Part shown: piece after piece, positions 9,878-19,000 of the stretch
Position numbering within the stretch: position 1 is the stretch's first letter
How the letters are laid out: each line of letters opens with the position of its first letter
Assembly (NCBI GenBank): GCA_003243955.1
Contig: QHCE01000002.1
Location: forward strand, 1 to 59,687
DNA from: Acidimicrobiales bacterium
Lineage (GTDB): Bacteria; Actinomycetota; Actinomycetes; Mycobacteriales; QHCE01
Direction: 5' to 3'
DNA length: 59,687 bases
Notes under the pieces: model-generated
Databases searched by the model: none
What the model saw: only the letters and a program-made list of their open reading frames with translations
Told to the model about the DNA's origin: nothing
Position numbers and translations under genes: made by a program

Positions 9878-10492
9878 ATGGGTGTGACGATAACGATCGA
9901 TGAGCGTAAGCGGGCGCTCCGCGAGCAGTTACTGGCTACCCGGCGGGCAATGACCGAAGCCGAACGAATAAGCGCCCACCGGGCACTAAAAGCGCAGATC
10001 CGGTGGCTAGTGGAGCGCGAACAGCCCAAAGTCGTGGCCGCCTACCTGCCGATTGGCACCGAACCCGTTGCCCATCACGATGAACAGTCGCTACCGGAGC
10101 TACTGCTAAGTGCCGCAGCGAAGACTGGAGGGCTGGCGGTACTCCTACCAATCTGGAAGCCCGATAACGAGCTGGGATGGGCTTACTATCGAGGCCCCGA
10201 GTCGCTGCGGCTGACTTCCCGTGGGCTGCTGGAGCCTAGGCAACCCGCGCTTCCCCCCGACGAGATCGTTGCGGCTGACCTCATGCTGGTTCCTGCGCTC
10301 GCCGTAGATACGGTAGGAAACCGGTTGGGCCGAGGAGCCGGCTGCTACGACCGTGCACTGGGATACGCCCGTGCCCCGATTGCGGCACTGCTCTACGAGC
10401 ACGAACTCCTCGCCGAGGTGCCCGTCGCAGACCACGACATCGCGGTAGCTAGCGTGATCACTCCATCTGGTTGGCGCCCTCTGCGGAGCTGA
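9878..10492 (+). CDS. 5-formyltetrahydrofolate cyclo-ligase
   Basis: KRALR, LVPALAVD..GNRLGRGAGCYDRAL, HDIAV; start uncertain (9878 or 9884). Confidence 0.92.
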   Translation: MGVTITIDERKRALREQLLATRRAMTEAERISAHRALKAQIRWLVEREQPKVVAAYLPIGTEPVAHHDEQSLPELLLSAAAKTGGLAVLLPIWKPDNELGWAYYRGPESLRLTSRGLLEPRQPALPPDEIVAADLMLVPALAVDTVGNRLGRGAGCYDRALGYARAPIAALLYEHELLAEVPVADHDIAVASVITPSGWRPLRS

Positions 10493-10525
10493 GCCTATTG
10501 TTACTGAGTAACAGCTGGCAGTCAG

Positions 10526-10552
10526 CTGGCACTGTCTAGCCGCAAGTGCTCC
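10526..10552. promoter_or_regulatory. Degenerate CIRCE (HrcA) element upstream of the fmdB-type gene
   Basis: CTGGCACTG-N9-AAGTGCTCC versus consensus TTAGCACTC-N9-GAGTGCTAA; the mycobacterial syntenic gene (Rv0991c) is HrcA-controlled. Confidence 0.5.
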
Positions 10553-10627
10553 CTAAACCGGTCGTTAGTGCACCGCACTCCGCTGCGAACGGTCCGTCGA
10601 TTTTGCAGTCTTACCAACGGAGGGTCT

Positions 10628-10972
10628 GTGCCCACTTACCAGTACGTCTGCACCAGCTGCGCCCAGCCACTGGAGGCTGTGCAGTCGTTCACTGATGCCC
10701 CACTCACGCAATGCCCGGCGTGTTCGGGAGTATTGCGCAAGGTCTTCAGTTCGGTGGGCGTGGTATTCAAGGGCTCTGGCTTTTACCGCAATGACTCACG
10801 TGAACCTAGCAAGAAAGCCGAAACAAAAGCGCCGGACAGCGGCGGCTCTGCCCCTAAAGAAGGATCAAAGGACGCCAAATCGCCAGAGGTCAAATCGGCA
10901 ACAGCTAAGGCAGAGACCAGCTCCGGCAACGCCAAGGCTCCAGTTAAGGCCGCGGCGAGCAGTTCGGCCTAA
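10628..10972 (+). CDS. FmdB family zinc-ribbon protein (Rv0991c/Ruc-like)
   Basis: PTYQYVCTSC...CPACSG.LRK..FKGSGFYRNDSR plus K/S/A-rich tail; GGAGG RBS before GTG. Confidence 0.93.
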   Translation: MPTYQYVCTSCAQPLEAVQSFTDAPLTQCPACSGVLRKVFSSVGVVFKGSGFYRNDSREPSKKAETKAPDSGGSAPKEGSKDAKSPEVKSATAKAETSSGNAKAPVKAAASSSA

Positions 10973-10979
10973 CTTCATT

Positions 10980-11099
10980 TCACCAGTGCGGCGGCCGGTC
11001 TTCTAGCAGCCGCGCATCGTTGTCGCCGTCATTACCCCGCGCTACTCTCGTCGGGTCATCACGAATTTGGTCTGCGAGCACCTCAACGTCATCATTCAT
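10980..11099 (-). CDS. Small acidic protein ending in 'LLEDRPPHW' (39 aa; 52 aa if started at GTG 11138)
   Basis: Manual translation MNDDVEVLADQIRDDPTRVARGNDGDNDARLLEDRPPHW*; below the ORF-track cutoff. Confidence 0.6.
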   Translation of the reverse strand: MNDDVEVLADQIRDDPTRVARGNDGDNDARLLEDRPPHW

Positions 11100-11346
11100 G
11101 GGCACTTCACGGTCGGCGTCAGCTGACTCAACACTCACAAATGAAAACGGTACCTGAACTCAAACGAGCCAACCGGCTCGGCTAACTCGAAAGGAAATTT
11201 TTAGGGGCTTGCTAAGAACAAGGAAGGCCACGCAGTGCGTAGCGAAGCTTTAGGCTTGCACTGGTTGGGGACGGGTAGAGCCGTTACGCTAAGCAGCCGT
11301 CCTCAATCAACAATTTGCTCAGTATGCGCGGGAGAGGTGAAGTGGC

Positions 11347-12144
11347 ATGGTCAACAGCCAGAGCTGGATTCCTCACGAGGTCGACGTAGAGCGGCCCAAT
11401 CCCGCACGAATGTATGACTACTACCTGGGTGGCGCACACAATTTCGCTGCTGACCGCGAGCTCGCCGAGCAAGCATTGGCTGTGCGCCCCGCTTTGGCGC
11501 GCTCCGCCCGGCTTAACCGCAGGTTCCTCAACCGGGTGGTGCGCTACAGCAGCGAGCTCGGTATCAACCAGTTCTTGGACCTAGGTTCAGGCATTCCGAC
11601 CGCGGGCAACGTGCATCACATCGCGCAGCAGCGCGACCCCACAGCGCGAATAGCCTACGTGGACAACGAATCGGTGGCCGTGGCGCACAGTACAGAGCTG
11701 TTGGCCGGCAACGACTACGCGACTATCACCAAGGCCGATCTCAAAGATGTCGAGACGGTGTTATCGGCGCCAGGCATCGCTGGTTTACTGGACTTTGATC
11801 AACCGATAGCGCTCCTCACGGTAGCTGTCATGCACTTCATTCCGGATAGCGAAGCTCCGTGGGAAATATTTCAGCGGTACCATTCTGCGCTGATGCCAGG
11901 CAGCCTATTAGCGCTTTCGCACTGCACGGTCGAGGGGCTTGCGCCGGAGTGGACCAAGGTAGCCGAGCTATATAAATCCAGCACGACCCCGGTGTATCCA
12001 CGCGACAAGGCCGAACTGGAGCGATTCTTCACCGGCTTACAGCTGGTGAAGCCCGGAATCGTGGATGCCATTGACTGGCACCCAGATGAAGGGGAGCAGG
12101 AGACTGAGCGCAGTGGGTTCTATGCCGCGGTGGCCCGGGTGTAG
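11347..12144 (+). CDS. Actinobacterial SAM-dependent methyltransferase
   Basis: PNPARMYDYYLGGAHNFAADR, QFLDLGSGIPTAGNVH, AYVDN. Confidence 0.93.
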   Translation: MVNSQSWIPHEVDVERPNPARMYDYYLGGAHNFAADRELAEQALAVRPALARSARLNRRFLNRVVRYSSELGINQFLDLGSGIPTAGNVHHIAQQRDPTARIAYVDNESVAVAHSTELLAGNDYATITKADLKDVETVLSAPGIAGLLDFDQPIALLTVAVMHFIPDSEAPWEIFQRYHSALMPGSLLALSHCTVEGLAPEWTKVAELYKSSTTPVYPRDKAELERFFTGLQLVKPGIVDAIDWHPDEGEQETERSGFYAAVARV

Positions 12145-12203
12145 CTGCCACCAACCCGGCCGAAGTGGCACGTCCCGCCACGTAGTTAGGATCATCGGAG
12201 TAA

Positions 12204-12278
12204 GCCCTCGTAGCTCAGGGGAAGAGCATCGGTTTCCTAAACCGTGTGTCGCAGGTTCGAATCCTGCCGGGGGCACCA
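12204..12278 (+). tRNA. tRNA-Arg (anticodon CCT)
   Basis: GCCCTCGTAGCTCAGGGGAAGAGCATCGGTTTCCTAAACCGTGTGTCGCAGGTTCGAATCCTGCCGGGGGCACCA. Confidence 0.95.
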
Positions 12279-12507
12279 AAGTGGTCTTATTCGAACTACG
12301 GCCAGCCAGGAACGCCATGGGGTGGCTGTCTGGCGCACTCACCGTTCTGCACAAGATATGCGCGCCGGAGGACTCCAACTTTGTCCGGGTCATCCGCCAA
12401 TGGACACGACGGTGGACTCCTGGAGGTTAGAAACTGAGCGCTCCCTGGAGTGCTGCCTAGCGGACGGGAACCTCGGCGTGCCTAGGACGCGGGGGTAGAT
12501 CTGGAGC

Positions 12508-13350
12508 TCACTGGCTGATGGTGCTGTCCTGAGTGTGAGAAGAACGCAATATGTCGGCCACCGCTTCGAGCACCTGCGGCCATGCCGCCGACAACGGATC
12601 GATCAGACTTAAGTGGTCAGCCCCCGGCAAAATGCGCAGCTCAATGTCATCGCCGGCGGCTCGCGCGGCCACGGCGTAAGCGCGGCTCACCTCAACCGGA
12701 ACCGTGTCATCCAGATCGCCATGAACCAGGATGGTGTTAATTCCGGTCGGAATCAGACCCATTGGATCGGCAACGGCATACCGTTCCGGCTGGGTGTCCT
12801 TTGCGTCGCCGAGCAGTGAGCTGACCGCGTCCGAGCCCAGCCGCAGCCGTGCGGCAAGCTCCAAATCGCAGACGCCGGCCAACGAAACCACCCCTGCTAG
12901 CGGCATCGGCTTATCGCTCCGCCATCGACTACCGGGCGGCTGCCGGTGTCTCGCGGCGCCCCACAGCGCTAGATGGCCGCCCGCGGAGTGGCCGAGCAGC
13001 ACGAGACGATCACTATCGACCAGATCGCCGAAAAGGTGCGGGACGGCGTCTAGCCCTGCCGCAATATCGTCGAACGTACTCGGCCAGCCGTCGGCCGGCT
13101 GAACAACACGACGGTACTCGAGGGCACACACCGCGTACCCCTGTGTGGCCAGGGCCGCGCACATGGGTTTAGCGTGCGCGCGGTCATGCCTAGCTCGCCA
13201 GAAGCCACCGTGCAGCACGACCACAAGCGCGCGAGGGCCTACCGAGGCAGGAAGCCACAGATCGGCGACCTGGTCGGGATGCCGACCATAGCGAACGGTT
13301 CGGTCCGGGCTGTTGGCCGGCCGTCTCACCAGGTCATCCGGGTCTGCCAC
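12508..13350 (-). CDS. Alpha/beta hydrolase, probable kynurenine formamidase-type arylformamidase
   Basis: HGGFW oxyanion motif, GHSAG nucleophile, VHG..DDTVP, GADH; function inferred from context. Confidence 0.8.
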   Translation of the reverse strand: MADPDDLVRRPANSPDRTVRYGRHPDQVADLWLPASVGPRALVVVLHGGFWRARHDRAHAKPMCAALATQGYAVCALEYRRVVQPADGWPSTFDDIAAGLDAVPHLFGDLVDSDRLVLLGHSAGGHLALWGAARHRQPPGSRWRSDKPMPLAGVVSLAGVCDLELAARLRLGSDAVSSLLGDAKDTQPERYAVADPMGLIPTGINTILVHGDLDDTVPVEVSRAYAVAARAAGDDIELRILPGADHLSLIDPLSAAWPQVLEAVADILRSSHTQDSTISQ

Positions 13351-13468
13351 ATTTGGACCCTAGCAGCTGGCGCACCGCTCTTGTCGCAGTTGATTCGGGC
13401 ATTCGCCCGAGCTACGGCGGCTCGGGGAGTAACCTTTGGCTGATCGGCAGCTCGATCAGGAGAAGGCC

Positions 13469-14692
13469 ATGAAGTACGACATATTCTTCAGTTTTTCTCG
13501 GATGGAAATTGATGGTTATCTTCCGTCTGAGGCCGAGGTCTTCGGTAACCTCGTTGATCAAATCAAAGCTGCCGACGACTGTGGTTTCGAAACCGCATGG
13601 GTTGGCGAAGCGCACTTCGCGTTGCGCGAAGAACAGCGCAAAGACGTTCCTCTCCTACCCCACTTTCGTGGCGAGGTCTGTCTCAACACCGATATCCTGC
13701 AGCTTGCGCATTACGTGTATCCGCGCACTCGACGCATTCAGATGGGTTCGGCGATCCGCAATATTCTCTGCAACGGAGGGCCCATCGCGCATGCCGAAGC
13801 CATCCGGACCTTCCTTACGTTGCACGGCCTTACCGAGCAAGAGGGTCGTCTGATCCATATCGGGTTTGGAACTGGTCGCTTCGAATTCTCTAACGCCCCG
13901 TTTGGAGTCCGGCCACGCAACGCAATCGAGGAGGCCGCGTGGCCGGTCGTGCGAGGTCTCGCCATGAGACAAGGCGCTGAGATCTTTCTCCGACTGCTGC
14001 GCGGAGACGCCTTGTCATCCCAGGACATCGCTGCCCAACGGCTCAGCCGGCCCCAGTTCCGGACAGAGGAGGCCTGGCAGCACGTCCTGGCAGCGGGTGG
14101 GGAGGAAGGGCAGCCGATTCCGCCGTTCTGGACCTTCGATCGACTCAGGATCATTCCTGAGGAGGCTCCCCTGGAGTTGCTGCGTTTGACCTTGGGATCC
14201 CACGACCCGCAGTTGCAGAAGCTGGCGAACTGGTTCTATCCCGTGCGGGTCTTCAACCTGTCGGTCACGCCGCGCAAAGTGTTGGAGGAAACACATCAGC
14301 GGATGCGGGAGTGCTACCACCCGGCTGGCGGGCCCTGGCGTCGGGATTACCTTCCTCGCACGGTGATGGTGTTCGTCGAAGCCGATCCCGGGCTGACCCC
14401 TACCGAGCAGTCACACCGAGCGGAAGCCCGAGCGGAGGCAGCCATCCGGGCCTACCAGCACGCTATGGAAGGCACCATCGACGAAGAGAAGGTCGTTAAC
14501 GGCATGTCCAACGCGGTCTTTGGTAATCCCGAGCAGGTCGCCACCGAGATTGCCTCTCGATTCCACCCCGACGACCGAATTATGGCGTGGTTCGATTTCA
14601 ACGATAACGACAACGAACGGGTCATCCGAGGAATGCGTGCCTTCAAGGCTCATGTGGTTCCACTCCTGGAGCGCACCCATGCGGGCGGCTGA
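13469..14692 (+). CDS. LLM-class (luciferase-like) flavin-dependent oxidoreductase
   Basis: DQIKAADDCGFETAWVGEAHF, TRRIQMGSAI, GNPEQVA, F..HVVPLL; AGGAG RBS. Confidence 0.88.
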   Translation: MKYDIFFSFSRMEIDGYLPSEAEVFGNLVDQIKAADDCGFETAWVGEAHFALREEQRKDVPLLPHFRGEVCLNTDILQLAHYVYPRTRRIQMGSAIRNILCNGGPIAHAEAIRTFLTLHGLTEQEGRLIHIGFGTGRFEFSNAPFGVRPRNAIEEAAWPVVRGLAMRQGAEIFLRLLRGDALSSQDIAAQRLSRPQFRTEEAWQHVLAAGGEEGQPIPPFWTFDRLRIIPEEAPLELLRLTLGSHDPQLQKLANWFYPVRVFNLSVTPRKVLEETHQRMRECYHPAGGPWRRDYLPRTVMVFVEADPGLTPTEQSHRAEARAEAAIRAYQHAMEGTIDEEKVVNGMSNAVFGNPEQVATEIASRFHPDDRIMAWFDFNDNDNERVIRGMRAFKAHVVPLLERTHAGG

Positions 14693-16106
14693 ACCTCTTT
14701 CTTCTGACCAGCCGGCTCCTATCGTTGTGGTGGGTGCGGGCATGGTGGGGCCCGTCGTGGCCATCTACCTTGCCCGGCGCTTCGGCGGCGTCACCTTGCT
14801 GGAGCGCCAGAGCGCTCCAGCCCCAGCCGATCCTGTTCCAACCGGCCGGTCTCTCCATGTTGTTGTATCCGCGCGGGGATGGCACGCCCTTCGCGATCTG
14901 GGTGTGGAAGAACAGGTTCTTTCGATCAGCCTTCCGCTGCGGGGACGCCTCGAACACAGCCTGACCGGGAAGCTCACCGAGCAACCGTATAGCCGGCGGG
15001 GTCAGGAGATCTGGTGCGTCGAGCGGTCCCGCCTCAATCGCCTGTTGAGGGCCGCCGCGGTGGCCACTCCCGGTCTGCGGGTGCGTCATGATGCCCGCGT
15101 TCTCGCGGTGGAGCCTGATGTGCCCGCGGTTCTTGTCGAAGGCTTAGAAGGTATAGCCGGCATAGAGGGCACCACTGGCGTAGAAGGGCGGGCTCGCTTG
15201 ACATGCGAGCACGTGGTCGGTTGCGATGGCGCGTTCTCGCGAGTCCGAGAAGCGTTAACTGACCGCCACGATCGAGTTCAGATGAACACGCTCGGCCTGG
15301 GGTACAAGGAGATCCGCATTCCGGCCGGACCTGACGGAGGCTGGCCTCTCCCTCACCAGTTCTTCCACATTTGGCCACGAAACCGTTTGCTCTTTTCGGC
15401 GTTTCCCAATCCGGGGGGAGATTTCACGGGTTCACTGTTTTTGCCACTCCACGGCGACGACATCAGCTTCGAGACGATCCAGACCGACGGCGATGCCGTT
15501 GCTCTGTTTCAGCAGCTATTTCCCGACGTTGTCAGTCTTATACCTGACCTCGCTGAACAATACGAGAGCCACCCGGTGAACTCCATCGTCACGATGAGCT
15601 GTGATCGTTGGATATGGCGCGACACGGTCGCGTTGGTCGGCGACTCGGCGCACGCCATGGCCCCTTTCATGGGACAAGGCATGAATTGCGGTTTCGAGGA
15701 CGCGAGAATTCTCGACGAGTGTCTGGCTCGCGCCGGCGAGCCCGCTGATTGGGCGGGCGCCTTTGCCGAATATGAGAGTCTGCGCAAACCTCACGTCGAG
15801 GCCATCGCTGAAGTTTCCATCCAGCATTATCAGCACTTGGCATCGCCCACGACTACGGCTACCGCTCAGGACGTGTTGCGGCAACGCGTAACCGGGCGGC
15901 TTTATGACGTTTTTTCTACTAAATTCACCCCGCTGTATGAACGGTGCGCCTTCACCGAGGAGCCCTATGCGGAGGCGTTGCAGCAGCATCTGGCAACCGA
16001 GCGGCTTGTCGATGACGTGTTGATCGGGCGCGACGGCAATGCCTTGCTGGACATGTCGCGGAATGAGTTCGCCGATGTGGTCAACCGCTCCCGACCACGA
16101 ACATAG
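14679..16106 (+). CDS. kmo: Kynurenine 3-monooxygenase-like FAD monooxygenase
   Basis: GAGMVG, GRSLHVVVSARG, QPYS, GCDGAFSRVR, GYKEI.IP, HIWPR, GDSAHAMAPFMGQGMNCGFED; overlaps the LLM stop. Confidence 0.85.
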   Translation: MRAAEPLSSDQPAPIVVVGAGMVGPVVAIYLARRFGGVTLLERQSAPAPADPVPTGRSLHVVVSARGWHALRDLGVEEQVLSISLPLRGRLEHSLTGKLTEQPYSRRGQEIWCVERSRLNRLLRAAAVATPGLRVRHDARVLAVEPDVPAVLVEGLEGIAGIEGTTGVEGRARLTCEHVVGCDGAFSRVREALTDRHDRVQMNTLGLGYKEIRIPAGPDGGWPLPHQFFHIWPRNRLLFSAFPNPGGDFTGSLFLPLHGDDISFETIQTDGDAVALFQQLFPDVVSLIPDLAEQYESHPVNSIVTMSCDRWIWRDTVALVGDSAHAMAPFMGQGMNCGFEDARILDECLARAGEPADWAGAFAEYESLRKPHVEAIAEVSIQHYQHLASPTTTATAQDVLRQRVTGRLYDVFSTKFTPLYERCAFTEEPYAEALQQHLATERLVDDVLIGRDGNALLDMSRNEFADVVNRSRPRT

Positions 16107-16110
16107 CTCT

Positions 16111-17028
16111 ATGGCAGAGAATGGGCCAATGGTAAAACGTACGTTATCTCTCGAAGAACTCACAGAGCCCATTACGCTCCACCTTCAATCGTTGGGAGCA
16201 TTTAAGGGAGCCGTGCAGATCATCGCTGATCCGGCCATTATATATCCACGGTTTATTCTTCCGGACAACCCGAAGTTTGAAGAACCTATTCTGGATACAC
16301 AGAATGGGCACGTTTACCTCACCTTTGCGGCGTCTTCCTTAGCGACTCCGCAGATCAGCCCAAACGATAGCGCCTTCCCTAGCGGCAAAGACTCCGTCTC
16401 CTTCATTCCCCAAGATATGTCGAGCACAGCCGACCATTCCTACAACGAACAGCCGGAGGGTAGGGACTGGATGACCGCTTACCTACCCGCAAACTCCAGC
16501 GTCATAGCAAATCTCCGAGAACCAGTAATGGCGTTCGTTGGCTTATTCGACAAGATAGACGTCTCATTGCTGGACGGCCAGCTCGGAATAAGCGGATCGT
16601 TTAAAGAAGCTGATGCCCGCGTTACCTGCGGCCTAATCTACGTCCGAGAAGTCCCGAGTGGCAGTATTCTGACGACAAGCACCGGCGACGCCCAAATCCA
16701 TGTGAGAAGTTTCTGCGGTCGCGGCAAACTCAACAGTGTCTCTGGGAACGTGCGCATAGACAGCGCTGATCCTGAGCCGCATGCTGATACAACCACGCCG
16801 ACTCTCCAGATAGCGACCATGACCGGGAACGTGACCTACACTCCGGCAAGCCGTGAGGCCGCCCGTAGGATCAGTGTCAGGCCCATGTACGTGACAGTTA
16901 ACGAGGAACAGCCGCCTCCTCGCCGGCGGTCGGCTCCGTCTATGCCGCATCCTGGCTCGACAGCGCCGCCCACCGGAACGGCCCAGCCTGATTCACGCAA
17001 GCCGCCTGGTCCCAGCCCGTACCAGTGA
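16111..17028 (+). CDS. Hypothetical protein with DUF4097-like beta repeats and a Pro-rich tail
   Basis: TTSTGDAQI, NSVSGNVRI, ATMTGNVTY repeats; tail PPPRRRSAPSMP...KPPGPSPYQ. Confidence 0.6.
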   Translation: MAENGPMVKRTLSLEELTEPITLHLQSLGAFKGAVQIIADPAIIYPRFILPDNPKFEEPILDTQNGHVYLTFAASSLATPQISPNDSAFPSGKDSVSFIPQDMSSTADHSYNEQPEGRDWMTAYLPANSSVIANLREPVMAFVGLFDKIDVSLLDGQLGISGSFKEADARVTCGLIYVREVPSGSILTTSTGDAQIHVRSFCGRGKLNSVSGNVRIDSADPEPHADTTTPTLQIATMTGNVTYTPASREAARRISVRPMYVTVNEEQPPPRRRSAPSMPHPGSTAPPTGTAQPDSRKPPGPSPYQ

Positions 17029-17055
17029 CGCTGGACAAGCTGCCGTCTTCATGCG

Positions 17056-17850
17056 TCACGGTTTCTCGGGTCGGTTGTCGTCGTGCCCCCGCCCGCCATC
17101 TTGCTTCGCGCGTGATCGCGCCGCCAACAGCTCCGGGAAAAACCTCTTCGGCAACGTCTTATTGAGGTAGCCGGTCCCGGTTGTCCCGCCGGTCCCTCTG
17201 CTGGTACCGATCATTCGCTCTACCAGGCGCACATGGCGGCCACGCCAGAGCGCGAATGCCTCATCATGAGCGATCATCGCCTCGGACAACTCGAACAGTT
17301 CCTTATATCGTTGCCGTTGGTTAAACACATCTGTCAGCGCCTGGCAGCCACGGCGGGTGACCAGCTCCTGAAACGCGCTCCACATTGTAGGCTCGTGTCG
17401 CCGCCGCTCTAGTCGCAACGCATCTTCGGGGGACGTCTTGGTGAGCTTGACCCAGCCGCCGCCACCCAGGCCGGATAGCAGTTCAATCTCCCGAAACTGA
17501 ACCGAGTGGAACCCGCTCGCTGAGTTCAGCCGATCGCGGAACTCGAAGAAACCTTGGGAAGTCATGGTGTCCAGAATGTCGAATTGCGAGGTGAGCAGGT
17601 TTTCTACTGTCGCAACGCGCAGTAGGAGCCGAGCGGCGTCCGAGGGGTTTTCCTCCCACATGCGCGAACGTGCTGCTTCGAGCTCGTAGAGAATGAGCCG
17701 GAACCACAATTCGAAGGTTTGGTGTGTCGTGATGAACAACGGTTCGTCGTGAGCCGAACTGACAGGTTTCAGCAGGTCCAGCAGCTCACCGAGCCGTAGG
17801 TAACCCCGATACGTCACTTCAGCGCCCAACGATTCAGAATCGAGGCTCAT
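17056..17850 (-). CDS. kynA: Tryptophan 2,3-dioxygenase
   Basis: TY.GYLRLGELL, HDEPLFITTHQTFELWF, ASGFHSVQFREIE, GTGGTTG..YL, RFFPEL. Confidence 0.95.
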   Translation of the reverse strand: MSLDSESLGAEVTYRGYLRLGELLDLLKPVSSAHDEPLFITTHQTFELWFRLILYELEAARSRMWEENPSDAARLLLRVATVENLLTSQFDILDTMTSQGFFEFRDRLNSASGFHSVQFREIELLSGLGGGGWVKLTKTSPEDALRLERRRHEPTMWSAFQELVTRRGCQALTDVFNQRQRYKELFELSEAMIAHDEAFALWRGRHVRLVERMIGTSRGTGGTTGTGYLNKTLPKRFFPELLAARSRAKQDGGRGHDDNRPEKP

Positions 17851-17984
17851 CAGTGCTCTCCGAACCGCTAGGGGCGTCCCACTTGGTCTAGATTACTCCA
17901 AATAATTCCCCCATAAAGCACGTTCCAAGTGATCTGTTTCAACGTGCGCCGTTTGATTCCTTCTGGCTCACTGCGAGTTACTCA

Positions 17985-18904
17985 GTTCCCTCGCAGCAGT
18001 ACCTGCAAACCGAGGTCGAGAACGTACTGAGTGCGCTAGGCACGTTGGCGGAGCATTTCGAATCGGGCGCGGTGTTGACACTGGATGCGGAGTGGATCCA
18101 AGAGCAGAACCGACGGGTACTTGCCGGTCTCAACTTTGACGAACACGTCACGCCTGGGGAATACACCACGACGCCGCTTGTGGTGGGAACTTACCGCGGC
18201 GCGCCGCCCGAAGACATCCCACTACTGGTAAACAAATTGCTCCGTTGGCTGGATGAACTCACCACACCTGAAGAAGGGCAGCCCGAGAACCTGCGGTTCT
18301 TTCAGGCGTTCCTCGCCGCCACTCTGGGCCACCTCTATCTCGCATGGATCCACCCATTCGGCGACGGGAACGGCAGGACGGCACGGTTACTGGAGTGCGC
18401 GATCTTGACTCGATCCGGGCTTGTACCGTGGTGTCGACAAACCTGTTGTCTGATCACTACAACCGCACGCGCGGGGAGTATTACCGTCGGCTCAATGCGG
18501 CATCACAATCCGGCGCTGTATTGGGCTTCCTGCACTATGCCGCGGTTGGATTCATCGACCAACTACACGAGCAGATCGAAGGCGTCCAGGCTCAACAAGT
18601 GCGGGTTTCGTGGATCAACTATGTGCACGAGAGGTTCGCCGGCCAACCCAACGCAGAGCCGGCTACGCGCCAACGCCAGAGGCTCTTCGCACTCGACCCA
18701 GCCGGCAGCCCGCTTGACTCGCTGCGCAGGCTCACCCCTGAACTGGCCGAACGCTACGCAGGCAAGGGAAGTAAAACGATTAGCCGCGACGTAAACAAAC
18801 TGGTCGAACTTGGACTTGCCGAGAAGACCAGCGATCGCGCACTCCGGCCGCGAATGGAGCTGATCGAGGCATTCATCCCCGGCCGGTCAGGCGCGGCGGA
18901 GTGA
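17985..18904 (+). pseudogene. Fic-family protein, 5'-truncated and frameshifted near 18430
   Basis: HPFGDGNGRTAR motif in one frame; C-terminal part (VSTNLLSDHYNRTR...KTISRDVNKL HTH) in another; no start upstream of PSQQYLQTEVENV. Confidence 0.85.
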
Positions 18905-19000
18905 ACGGACATAGCAACCTTGGGCTGCCCGGTTCGTAACGATTGATCCGCATCGAAACGATCCCATCGTACATCGAGAATCAGCGAGACGTGAGGGAAT

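Noticed and set aside
12037-12498. Several short ORFs over and after tRNA-Arg
   Set aside because: Overlap the tRNA or lack motifs; no integrase remnant could be read
13469-14692. Bioluminescence (luxA-like) interpretation of the LLM
   Set aside because: No luxB or luxCDE; most LLM-family enzymes are not luciferases
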